Origin: Octopus bimaculoides
Lineage: Eukaryota
Length of the DNA: 64,000 nt
Assembly: GCF_001194135.2 (NCBI RefSeq)
Contig: NC_068991.1
Coordinates: 26,695,937 to 26,759,936 of the forward strand
Reading direction: 5' to 3'
A model generated the notes under the pieces. It did no database searches and had not been told where the DNA came from. It saw nothing but the letters and a program-made list of their open reading frames with translations. This document shows, piece by piece, positions 11,604-23,384 of this stretch (position 1 is its first letter; each line of letters begins with the position of its first letter). A program made the translations under genes and the position numbers.

Positions 11604-13400
11604 TGTCTTAACCTCCTGGATAGACTTCAAAAAGGCTTACTATATATTGCAGCAAATGTGCAGAAAGAATATGAGGATAGAATTCAGTATTTCGAAATGT
11701 GCGGTGATTACTTTGAAGCGGGGAAAAAGAGTAACTTGTAGGTGAAGATAATTGCCAAACGGAGAGAGAATGGAAGACCCGGATGATGATGGGTACAAGT
11801 ACCTCGGGATCCTGGAGCTGGACAATATCTTGCCCACAGAAATGAAAGACAAGGTCATCACTGCATATTTCAAGCGCCTCTATTGAAATCTCTATTGAAA
11901 TCAAAGTTCAACTCAAGGCACCTTGTGACTGCCATCAGCATATCCGCTGTTGTTGTCGTCCACTATAGTGCACCCACTCTGAGATGGACACAAGCAGAGA
12001 TTGTCCAAACCGATAGCACTATCCGAAGGAAAATGACAATACATGGTGCCCTCTACCTTAAGGCAAATGTATACAGGCTCTACATGAAGAGAGATAAGGG
12101 TGGACGTGATATGATTAGCGTACGGGAGTGCCTCAACAGTGAAAGAAGAAACATGGCTGAATATTTGTTAAACAGCAAAGAAGACCTGCTACAGTGTGCT
12201 GCAAGTGCAAAAGGAGTTAACAAAAATGGACTTGAGAGTGCTCATGAATTCCGAACAGCTAACGAGAGAGAAGAAACCCTTCTCCGTGAAACCAACAATT
12301 AAACCACTGTGAAACCAACGAATTAAAAGACCAGGGAGCACCACTGTGACCTCAAAAAGAATACTGAAAGCCTAATCATCGCGGCCCATGACCTGGCATT
12401 GAATACCAACTCGGTGAAAAAGAATATATACCACACAAGTGGATCGGACCTCTGCAAAAGGTGTGCGAAGAGGGTCGAAAACGTGACTAACATTGTTAGT
12501 GCTTGTGAAAGTTTTGGATATGATGTTACGGGTGCTTCGTACCAACATACACCGGAAAACGTAATGGACGAAAAGAGGAAGGCAAAAATATTCTGGGACT
12601 TTGATTACTAGACGGACAACGTGTTAGAACACCGAAGGCAGGATATAGTAACCTTTAGGAGGGACAAAAAAGAGTACTTAACAACCGACGTAGCAATACT
12701 AGGAGATCAACATATTCTTTTACTCTTTTACTCTTTTACTTGTTTCAGTCATTTGACTGTGGCCATGCTGGAGCACCACCTTTAGTCGAGCAAATCGACC
12801 CCAGGACTTATTCTTTGTACGCCTAGTACTTATTCTATCGTCTCTTTTGCCGAACCGCTAAGTTACGGGGACGTAAACACACCAGAATCGGTTGTCAAGC
12901 GATGTTGGGGGGACAAACACAGACACGCAAACATATACACACACATACATATATACACATATATACGACGGACTTCTTTCAGTTTCCGTCTACCAAATCC
13001 ACTCACAAGGCTTTGGTCGGCCCGAGGCTATAGAAGAAGACACTTGCCCAAGGTGCCACGTAGTGGGACTGAACCCGGAACCATGTGGTTGGTAAGCAAG
13101 CTACTTACCACACAGCCACTCCTATGAAAGAAAGAGAAAAAGTTGATAAATATGGAGACATGTGAACTGAGATCACTAAGATGTGGCAGCTACGAGAGTC
13201 AAACATAAAGATTATCCCTACTGTCATCGGAACATTGGATTCAATACCACCCAACCTGAAAAAAAAAAACATCTGAAAACTTTAGGCATACCCTACAGTG
13301 TATATGTATTGCAAGAGTCGGCATTGCTTGGAGCTGCATGCATATTGCGTATAGTATTGTCTGTCTGAAGTCCTTGATGTGACTTGTCAAACAGTACAAA
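11604..13400 (+). mobile_element. R4/Dong-clade fragment D3 (old, internally deleted, interrupted by a SINE)
   Basis: SWIDFKKAY; YKYLGILE; RLYMKRDKGGR; zinc knuckle CKRCAKRVENVTNIVSAC; RLE KIFWDF...RRQDIV...TDVAILGD, resuming after the SINE as KEREKVDKY...QESALLGAACILRIVLSV* (stop at 13368). Confidence 0.85.
12716..13123 (-). mobile_element. tRNA-derived CORE-type SINE family B (OR-like), full length
   Basis: Reverse complement: TGGCTGTGTGG A box, GGTTCAGTCCC B box, CACCTTGGGCAAGTG CORE-like segment, internal (TA/TG) tract, (GTAAAAGA)n tail. Confidence 0.9.
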
Positions 13401-13525
13401 CACCCAGTTCGAAATTTCCCCAAGACACCTGAAGAAGGCTGGAGGGTATATCAGCCGAAACGTTGTGTTAACAACAAACGAGATGAGGACAAATATCCGT
13501 TGAATGTAAATAACGTAAATAATGT
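13401..13525 (+). mobile_element. Hammerhead-bearing repeat module (5'-truncated copy of the 34.4-kb family)
   Basis: ACCCAGTTCGAAATTTCCCCAAGACAC...GTTGTGTTAACAACAAACGAGATGAGGACAAATATCCG, nearly identical to 34650-34772, with a (TGTAAATAA)n-like tail. Confidence 0.9.
13424..13469 (+). ncRNA. Minimal type I hammerhead ribozyme motif (dimer type)
   Basis: Stem I ACAC 13425-28 / GTGT 13465-68; core CTGAAGA 13429-35; extra A; stem II GGCTG/CAGCC, 5/5 pairs; GAAAC 13457-61; triplet GTT 13462-64; palindrome AACGTT in place of a stem III loop. Confidence 0.7.
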
Positions 13526-13699
13526 AAATAATGCACAAAGGAGTTTTACATTGATGGGATTAAAAAGCTTGTAAATAGATGGAAGGAAGTCATAGATAAT
13601 CAGGGAAAGTACATTGATGATTAAATTTCCGTTAAATATAACATTTGATCACTTGTTTTCTTTATTCAAAATTCAGGCAGAGCTTATGGGTTGACTTGG

Positions 13700-14079
13700 G
13701 AGAAATTGGCAAAGGTGAAACTTCAAGATTAAAATAATACCTGTTGTTATAGATGCCCTAACAATGATAACAAATGGGGCTGATTCCTACCTAGCACAGA
13801 TACCAAGTAACCCCAAAATGGCAGAAATACAAAAGATAGTGTTCATGGTAACTGCTCACGTCCTACGTAAAATACTGTCATTGTATTCTCAATTTTTTTA
13901 ACAAATTCATAACTTTCTTGTTTTCTTAAACATTCTCTAGAACAACACTATGTGCAAAACCAAATGTGTGACACTCTAGGCATAACACCAACATGAACTT
14001 CTAACTTGTTGATATCTTCAGATGTCTGGGTGAGACTTGGATCCAACTTGTACAAATACAAAGCAATAGTCAAACATAT
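13700..14079 (+). mobile_element. R4/Dong-clade 3' fragment D4 (third subfamily), (AAT)n tail 14080-14117
   Basis: KIIPVVIDALTMITNGADSYLAQIPSNPKMAEIQKIVFMVTAHVLRKILS, then a 3' UTR and an (AAT)n tract. Confidence 0.8.
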
Positions 14080-14217
14080 AATAATAATAATGATAATAAT
14101 AATAATAATAATAATAANNNNNNNNNNNNNNNNNNNNNNNNNNNNNNNNNNNNNNNNNNNNNNNNNNNNNNNNNNNNNNNNNNNNNNNNNNNNNNNNNNN
14201 NNNNNNNNNNNNNNNNN

Positions 14218-14272
14218 TAGAATAAGTACTAGGCTTACAAAGAATAAGTCATGGGATCGATTGCTTCGACTA
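14218..14272 (+). mobile_element. SINE family B 3' fragment after a gap
   Basis: TAGAATAAGTACTAGGCTTACAAAGAATAAGTC matches the other family B copies. Confidence 0.7.
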
Positions 14273-14286
14273 TATATGTATGTAAT

Positions 14287-14636
14287 ATAGATTGCTTATT
14301 TGCAATTTTACAACCTAAAGGCAAAAATATAGACGTCGCTAAAGTGACTAAGGGTCAAAACAACTCAATAGCCACAAACTGTACTGTCTTATTGACTGAT
14401 AAGGGAGGCAAGTTCCCTACAGTAGAGGAAATAGTCAAATAATCGATGATGATGGACATTATAAAGTAAATGCAAAATGTTTGATGATCTGGATCTCCTC
14501 GATGCTTCACGAAGCTTGCTTCTCTTGTCAGTCCTTTGATAGTGTTTTTCGTGGCTATTGAGATCATTTCACTCTTATTTCTAGGAATACTGGTAGTGAT
14601 TAGTCACATGAGTGACATCTGTAATTCTGCTCATAT
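14287..14636. mobile_element. Older, deleted copy of the 49.7-kb MITE family
   Basis: The left part CAACCTAAAGGCAAAAATATAGACGTCGCTAAAGTGAC and the right part ACTCTTATTTCTAG...AGTGACATCT match the two TIRs of 49672-50153. Confidence 0.6.
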
Positions 14637-15599
14637 ATATATACGGAGTATATGATTCGCGAGAAAACAATTTGCGAAGATATTATTGACTCTATTATCA
14701 TCTAGTGTAGCAATTTAAAAAATGATAATAGCAGGATCAATAATGTAGGCGATTGCAGGTTCACAAAATCATTAAATAGTAGAAGGATTAAACTTAATCA
14801 AATGACATACTAATTAAGTCTATCTGATGCAAATAACAGTTAAAACTCTTATCTAAATCGCCAAAGTACACTGATAATAACTACAGAAATTAACCGTCCG
14901 AAAACAAACGGGCTAAGACGATCTCTCAGCATACATTCAAGTATGTGGACTCATTTGGAGCGGTTTCTTCACTAGCGTAATACCCTCAGATACTTCAGTA
15001 CGCGTTACCATGATAGAGAGGTCCAACCCATCATGTAGAAGTTTGCGCTGCAACTGATACATTTTGCGCCGAATCATGGTAACCATCGGTGTGAAAATAA
15101 TTTCAATACGGAGCAAATAATTCACGACAAAATAATTTGCGAAGATATCATTAACTCTATTATTATCTAGTTTATATTTCTCATGAATTATTTGGTCCNN
15201 NNNNNNNNNNNNNNNNNNNNNNNNNNNNNNNNNNNNNNNNNNNNNNNNNNNNNNNNNNNNNNNNNNNNNNNNNNNNNNNNNNNNNNNNNNNNNNNNNNNN
15301 NNNNNNNNNNNNNNNNNNNNNNNNNNNNNNNNNNNNNNNNNNNNNNNNNNNNNNNNNNNNNNNNNNNNNNNNNNNNNNNNNNNNNNNNNNNNNNNNNNNN
15401 NNNNNNNNNNNNNNNNNNNNNNNNNNNNNNNNNNNNNNNNNNNNNNNNNNNNNNNNNNNNNNNNNNNNNNNNNNNNNNNNNNNNNNNNNNNNNNNNNNNN
15501 NNNNNNNNNNNNNNNNNNNNNNNNNNNNNNNNNNNNNNNNNNNNNNNNNNNNNNNNNNNNNNNNNNNNNNNNNNNNNNNNNNNNNNNNNNNNNNNNNNN

Positions 15600-15910
15600 A
15601 AAATACAAAGACCTGGAAATAGAGATAACTCGAATGTGGAGTCTAAAAACAGAAACAATTCCTATCATAGTAGGTGCCTTAGGTATAATTAAAAAATACT
15701 CAGACAAATACATAACAAAAATACCAGGACTTACAAATATATGTAACATACAGAAAATTGCACTACTGGGTACTGCACACATTCTACGCAAAACACTTTC
15801 AATACAGTAAACATAAAAGCACCACAACAAACCACAGTACATACCCAAGGCGCACAGAGCTGCGCTCGGTAGTGAAGTGAAAGCACGTTATAAAAATAAA
15901 ACTACTGAAC
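15600..15910 (+). mobile_element. R4/Dong-clade fragment D5 (same young subfamily as D2), (AAT)n tail 15911-15955
   Basis: KYKDLEIEITRMWSLKTETIPIIVGALG...LRKTLSIQ* (stop 15808-10). I count 10 substitutions versus the equivalent roughly 310 nt of D2. The 5' part is lost in the gap. Confidence 0.9.
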
Positions 15911-15942
<32 letters not shown>

Positions 15943-16874
15943 CAATAATAATAATGATCAAGGATAAAATATTTTTATTAAAAATAATCTGTTGACCGGA
16001 ATATAATGTATGACCGGATAGACATGTGCTCAGGTAAGCTACAAAATTCTGTGTTGGATCTATCTCTAGTATTTATATGTAGTTTTGGCTTTGCGTTTGC
16101 TTTCCTCTGGAAATGTATAAATATCTCACTTATTTCCCTTAAGTGTGCTCCGCTGACGAGGAAAATCCATTGGGCAAATCCAGAAGTTGATCAATCCAGA
16201 ACTATCTATATTGCTATGAATTTCCGTTGGCTTACTTCCTCGATTTCAACACGTGTGTAACTATGAGTTTTAACGTGGCTAGACGATTTAGCGTCTATTT
16301 TCCGCAGATAGGCTACGATTTCCCTATACCCTTAATTATATATATATATATATAGTAACCATGTTGGCTGAAGTATCGTTTTATTAAGTGTCATAATTAT
16401 ACTGAAACACCGACTACTCAAATTCACCAAATAACACAGAATTCTGTTTGCTATGAACACTAATCGTCTACGAATAGAATTTTTTCTCGATGGACAAATG
16501 CAGCAGTGAATAATATATTTCCTGGTCAAGTCTGCTTATGATAATTTGATATCGACTTAACAGATATAACCACATATCAGCAAATAATTTATCCGCAAAA
16601 ACACAATTTACTTTAGGTTAAGAGCTCTTTCACCGAATTCTAATAGTTTGTCTGTTATAAATAGATATATCTACATACATGTACGAACATATGTATGCAC
16701 ACAAGCACATCTACACGCATATGCTTATAATCTCTGGTGATATGTGACAAAAATCACATATGGAATGTTTTGCATTTTTTACATGTGTTCATACATAATG
16801 CTCCTTCCTTGGATATCCACTTGCATATACACAGCTGCCTTCTTACGACCTCATACAAATACACAGAGATACAT

Positions 16875-16875
<1 letters not shown>

Positions 16876-16957
<82 letters not shown>

Positions 16958-17309
16958 NNNNNNNNNNNNNNNNNNNNNNNNNNNNNNNNNNNNNNNNNNN
17001 NNNNNNNNNNNNNNNNNNNNNNNNNNNNNNNNNNNNNNNNNNNNNNNNNNNNNNNNNNNNNNNNNNNNNNNNNNNNNNNNNNNNNNNNNNNNNNNNNNNN
17101 NNNNNNNNNNNNNNNNNNNNNNNNNNNNNNNNNNNNNNNNNNNNNNNNNNNNNNNNNNNNNNNNNNNNNNNNNNNNNNNNNNNNNNNNNNNNNNNNNNNN
17201 NNNNNNNNNNNNNNNNNNNNNNNNNNNNNNNNNNNNNNNNNNNNNNNNNNNNNNNNNNNNNNNNNNNNNNNNNNNNNNNNNNNNNNNNNNNNNNNNNNNN
17301 NNNNNNNNN

Positions 17310-17389
<80 letters not shown>
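16876..17389. repeat. (CA)n / gap / (TA)n(GA)n microsatellite block
   Basis: Direct reading; N-run 16958-17309. Confidence 0.9.
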
Positions 17390-17393
<4 letters not shown>

Positions 17394-18402
17394 CATATAC
17401 ACACGTATGTGTATATATGTGTAACAAATATGTATATCTACACATGCACATTTATATATATCTATATATATACGTGTGTGTGTGTGTGTATGTTTGAGCT
17501 GTTCTGTTAGTATAAACTTGCATATACTTTGTTTCTGCTGCACACCTGCATTTGTGGATTCTGATATTTAGAATGTCTTCCCTTTTCTTTCTATTAGCTA
17601 TTTTTCAGTTATGACGAACTTTCTTACAGAATCTCTTCTTCTCAACATACAAGATTCTCATATATTTTTTTTGTATATATTGGTGCCTTCTTTAGTTTCC
17701 TTTACTCTTTAATTCATATTTCATTTTATTTTTTTATTTATTTTCACTCACGCATTCTTGTCTTTAGAATTTATAGAACATATACTTTTCCTTGCACTCC
17801 ATTCAGTTTTGCTATCATTATTCTTTCCATAGATTGTTATTCCTTGCTTTGTGTCGAACCATTTCTTCTAATGTGCTTTGTTATCATCTATCCTTCTTCT
17901 TTTTCCAAGTTTGCATTGTTCAGCAAACAATAGTTAATTTACTTCAGATTATTCTGCAGATTTATTGCGATCCAAAATTAGAAACGAAAATCCGAGCAAC
18001 AGGTAGACATGCAATGCAATATCATACATTTATAATACAAATTTTACTTCCTATGTAGAGTATTTTGATACAGAAAAATATCAGTTTTATTCCAGAATTC
18101 TCAAACATCAACTCCATAGAATATGAATCTTTCAGTACATATGATAGGAAGCATAAATATAAATAAACGTAATCTGAAAGCTTATAGCAGTCATTTGCAC
18201 CATCCACATCAGATTGCACATGTATAATTAAATTCAGATAAATAATATAGAGATGCATCTATATTATCTTAATATGGACATGCATATAAACATTCAGAGA
18301 TATAATTATTGCATATGAAATATGCAAATTAACAGATAAAATGGTCAGATCGAAATGCACGGTAGTAGAAATTAATATCTCAACAAAAAACATGATAAAG
18401 TA

Positions 18403-19310
18403 GGAGGGAGTACCCAAATTTAACAGGAAACATTCTCTGTGGGACAAGCCCATTGTAGTTCAGGCTTGTCTCGCTAGAACCAACTTGATGTGACCCTCAG
18501 GCAAAAATCTGCCGACCGCCGTCATCCGCTAAAGTCGTACTGACACGTGGTGCCTCTTTGTTTTGAAGAGCTTCTCAGCTCTTCGTCGATTTCTGCGGTG
18601 ACTGAAACGAAGGAACAGCGCGCTTCCGTTCAATTTTCTTTTCTGCTGATAAAAATGTCGGCCGAAACAGTTATCATGCTTCAAACAGCTTACAAGGATG
18701 CAGCCATGAGCAAAACACAGATTTACGAGTGGTTTGCATTCTTTGGGAATGGTCACGTTGTTTGAAGACCAACCTACTTCAGTACGGCCATCGACCACTG
18801 GAATGAATGAAAGCATCATTAAAATTCATGAATTGATGTTGGAGGACCGTCACCGAACGATTGACAAATTTGTTGACATGATTGGTGTGTCTTGGAACTC
18901 CTTCCAACGAATTCTGAGCGAGTAATTGCGAACAAAATGAGTTGCAGGAAAATTTGTTCGTCACTTGCTCATGCAAGACCAAAAGCAATCACAACTGAAT
19001 GCGTATCGCGAACTGAAAAACGAACTGGAAGTTGTTCCGGACCCTTTTTCGAAGAGCATCCCTGGTGACGAAAGTTGGTGCTACGAAATTTGCAGATGTG
19101 GAAGAAGTGACAAAAAACAAAAAAAACACGGTGGCTTTAAAAGGCATCACTTCGAAGAGCTCTAGCACTGTTTCCAATAGTGGAAAACGCACCTGGACCG
19201 ATGCATTGCTTCGAATGGAGAATATTTTAGAGGCGTTAAAAGTGTAAACATGAACAACTAAGTGAATAACATAATATTGCTTACTTCCGGTTTATTTTGG
19301 GCAACCTTTC

Positions 19311-19311
<1 letters not shown>
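18403..19311 (+). mobile_element. Mariner fossil with an internal deletion
   Basis: Imperfect TIRs (GGAGGGAGTACCCAAATTTAACAGGAA / TTCCGGTTTATTTTGGGCAACCTTTCG) flanked by TA. Peptides EQRASVQFSF, QIYEWF, GDESWCY, then a jump to LDRCIASNGEYF; the D34D motif region is missing. Confidence 0.85.
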
Positions 19312-19358
<47 letters not shown>

Positions 19359-20275
19359 NNNNNNNNNNNNNNNNNNNNNNNNNNNNNNNNNNNNNNNNNN
19401 NNNNNNNNNNNNNNNNNNNNNNNNNNNNNNNNNNNNNNNNNNNNNNNNNNNNNNNNNNNNNNNNNNNNNNNNNNNNNNNNNNNNNNNNNNNNNNNNNNNN
19501 NNNNNNNNNNNNNNNNNNNNNNNNNNNNNNNNNNNNNNNNNNNNNNNNNNNNNNNNNNNNNNNNNNNNNNNNNNNNNNNNNNNNNNNNNNNNNNNNNNNN
19601 NNNNNNNNNNNNNNNNNNNNNNNNNNNNNNNNNNNNNNNNNNATATATATATATATATACATATAATATAAATATATATTTATATATATACACACATACA
19701 TACAAACGAACATATATGTGTTCAGACATATATATATTCACACATACTCTCTCTCTCCCACACACTCCCATATATATCCATATGTATACAAATATATACA
19801 TGATATCCGAAAGATACTACCTTCTTAAAAAACGTGAAATTTTTGATAAAACCATCTAGAATGTTATCCGCAGGAGAATTTATCCTGCAACTCACACCAA
19901 ATTTATATCACAACCCAAATATAACACATTTCTAAAAATAAAGAATGTTGGAAACATATCCAAATAAAATCAGCAAAGCTCTTTAAACAAAACAGTCAAA
20001 GCCCTTCATGGAATGCACACAGAATAGCGAATAAGTTCTGGCAAATTTGGACGGCAATATCTCGTTGCTCTTGTTTTTCCTCATTGGAGGACATTAACTC
20101 CCCTTATTAGACGTGTGTTCTCTTATTCATTGATGGTATGGGTCTTGAGTTATCACGGAGTTTCAATCTGATTGTGTACCTCTTTAGTCAAACATAACAC
20201 TTGATGTAATTTGGTTTTATGTGAAACATATTTTATGTTACGCCCGAATTTGCCCGAATGCATTAAGAATAAATA

Positions 20276-21541
20276 TTAAACCATCCCTTAAATAATTCAG
20301 TTTTTTCAAATGCATGAACTAAAGGTTGAAGTGGGGTGGATAAACTACCTACATCAATTTGCTATAAAAGCAAGTAGTAATTTTACCTTGTCCTTATTCT
20401 CAGTGCAAATTTTTAAGAGTGCACTTCGATTTTAACAGTTATCTTTTCAAAGCTATATTGTAAGTGACAAAGGAGCATTCGGCATATTATAGTTATGATT
20501 TCAATAAAGCAAAAACACAACGGAAAGTGCGAGGAATTTTAATGCAGTATATGGGGATCAGACAATAAGCATAAGCCAGTGTCAACGGTGGTTCCATAAA
20601 TTCCGAACCGGAAACTACAGCCTAAAAGACGAGCCCCATCCTGGAAGATCTGTAGAGCTTGACTATGACATTCTGCAAACCGTGGTGGAACAAAATCCTA
20701 TCTTAACAGTTGAGGAACTAGCAGGATTTGATCATTCAACAATTTAGCGACACTTGTCCCATCGGAAATATCTGGAAATTGGGTCAATCTGTTCCTCACA
20801 ATCTTTCCAAGTCTCATCGCACGCAGATTGAATGTGTGTTCTTCTTTGCTGTCACGTCTCACGGATGAACCTTTTTAGGACCGAATAGTGACTGGTGACG
20901 AGAAATGGGTTGTCTATAAAAATGTCAAGCACCGATGACAGTGGGAAGGGAAAGGAAAATCACCGACACCCCAGACTAAAGAAGGTCTTCACAAACGTAA
21001 GATGTTGTTATTTGCTTGGTTGGATATGAAAGGTTTAGTTCACTTTGAACCTTTAAACCCAAACCAAATGATAACAAAGGAAATCTACTGCGAGTAGCTT
21101 GAGCGGCTTAAGTCAGCGCTGGAAGAAAAACGACCATCTTTGGCTTCAAGACGAAAGGTGTTCTTCCACCTGGATAATACTCGGCCACATTCAGCGAGGA
21201 TAACAAACTAAAGGCTGGAGTAGTTTGAATGGGAAAGGATGCCATGCCCAGTATATTCGCTTGACATTGCCCCATTTGATTATCATTTATTCTGCAGTTT
21301 TCAAAATCAGACGGAAAAAATATGAATTCTGTAGACGAGGTCAGAACAGTACTGGAGGAGGATTTTTCGTCACGGACAAGAGAATTTTGGAAGAGAGGCC
21401 TTGTAAGTCTACCAGATAGACGGAAGAGCACTGTAGAAAATAGATGAGAGTATATATTAGAATTAAAAAAAACTTTGTTTATCTTAATTTTGAAAAATAA
21501 AAGAAGTATAAAAAACGCATTATGTGTGAAATGACCCGATA
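20276..21541 (+). mobile_element. Near full-length mariner (DD34D) fossil
   Basis: Broken ORF about 20458-21466: QCQRWFHKFRTGNYSLKDEPHPGR, VPHNL, FLDRIVTGDEKWV, FHLDNTRPH, YSLDIAPFDYHLF. Degenerate TIRs at both ends; several stops and frameshifts. Confidence 0.9.
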
Positions 21542-23008
21542 TATTATGTTATTGCTTTCATTCTCGATGTATTGCCTGCACCTTATGAATTATTATTTGC
21601 TTGGCAAACATTAGCATGTACCAACAAATAACTTGTTTTTTCCCATGCTTTTGTCAGATTCGTCGGTCTGAAATGTATTTCTTAATAATTTCGAAACGGC
21701 TTAAAGCAGCGAATCCTCTGTGGTATGAAACAACAGCGATCATTTATTTGTCTTCGTACGTGCTATAGTGTATTAAGAATGAACGCATACGTTATTGTTG
21801 AGATCATACACATGTATGATGTAATCTAGCGTACGAAAACGAGTAAAGCGAACTAAAAGAAAAAATAGAAACAATTAAAAAAGGATGGAAAATGCGTTCC
21901 TTAGAAACTGCATAAATTACGAAATAAGGTTCAAGAGATTAAGAAAAGGAGATGCAATTATGAAATTAAAATTTAGGAAGTAGAACAAATGGATTAGGTA
22001 GCATCTTTACTGTGGAAATAGCTGATTATAACTGAAATATGTTAGATTGCTGTGAACGGTATCGGTTAATAGTAAAGGAGCGATTCTCAGATATTAATTA
22101 AATAACTAAAACATTGCTGAACCGTGCAGGTAATACTATGGAAATTTTCTTCCAATTACAAATTATAGATTTGTATTTGGAAGAAAATTTGCTCTGTATT
22201 ATTAAAACTTGTTTCTTGAGAAATATTTGTGAATATAATAAATTCAAACATAGATGAAAAGTATTTACAAAGTAAACAGGAAAAAGTGATAATACTGAAA
22301 CAATTTATATAAATAGGTACGTCAGTCGATAATGAGATAAGTGAACAGAGTTTATGATAAATTTTTTATCTAGGTTAAGGTTCGCAGAAAGGTTAGAGAA
22401 AATGAAGATATGAGAGACATAGTAATTAATAATTAAATTAAATACTACAGGTAATAGTATGATGTATGCAATATATTATTTATAACGCCGGGAAAAGTAA
22501 TATCACTGTAAAATTAAACAAAAATATATATTGTATTAATATAAAATATTACATTCCAAATTAAATATTTATGAATTGTAACTCACGTCGGTAAAAATAT
22601 GTGGGAGGATAAATCATGTTGTAGAAGAGTTGAAGTTAGAATGAAGACTAGAAGAAACTCGCATTTCGTATGGAAAATTTTAAGTATTTAATTTTTTTTT
22701 ATAAACGTACAATTTAAGCTATCAATAATGTCCTTACAGAAGCAGCAGATCCCCTTACAGGAAATATTGTTTTGTCGATACATTAAAAAAAATTCATAAG
22801 AGTAATATAGAAGCAGAAAACATACATATTTCATCGGATTTAAATTACTTCCACCTGTCTAAGGTTATTTCATGAATCAGCATATTTTCCCAGTCAAATA
22901 ATTTCTACTCCAACGTATACTGTCTCATCTTCCACATACTGTACAAAATATTTCGCTCTCCCCCATCTCTCTGTACGTAAAATTATTCAGACTTATCGCA
23001 ACTGCTCA

Positions 23009-23384
23009 TGTTGTTGTTGGCACTCCGTCGCTTACGACGTCGAGGGTTCCAGTTGATCCGATCAACGGAACAGCCTGCTCGTGAAATTAACGTGCAAATG
23101 GCTGAGCACTTTACAGACACGTGTACCCTTAACGTAGTTCTTGGGGATATTCAGCGTGACACAGTGTGACAAGGCTGACCCTTTGAATTACAGGCACAAC
23201 AGAAGCAGGAAGTAAGTTGTGGTGAAAGAGTACAGCAGGGTTCACCACCATCCCCTGCCGGAGCCTCGTGGGGCTTCAGGTGTTTTCGCTCCATAAACAC
23301 TCACAACACCCGGTCTGGGAATCGAAACCGTGATCCTATGACCGCGAGTCCACTGCCCTAACCACTGGGCCATTGCGCCTCTAC
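23009..23384 (-). mobile_element. tRNA(Arg-like)-derived SINE family C with (CAA)n tail
   Basis: Reverse complement: TGGCCCAGTGG A box, CTCGCGG anticodon-like loop, GGTTTCGATTCC B box; ends GGAGTGCCAACAACAAC. Confidence 0.9.

Noticed and set aside
15600-15910. D5 as an assembly duplicate of D2
   Set aside because: Ten substitutions in about 310 nt and different flanks indicate independent copies.
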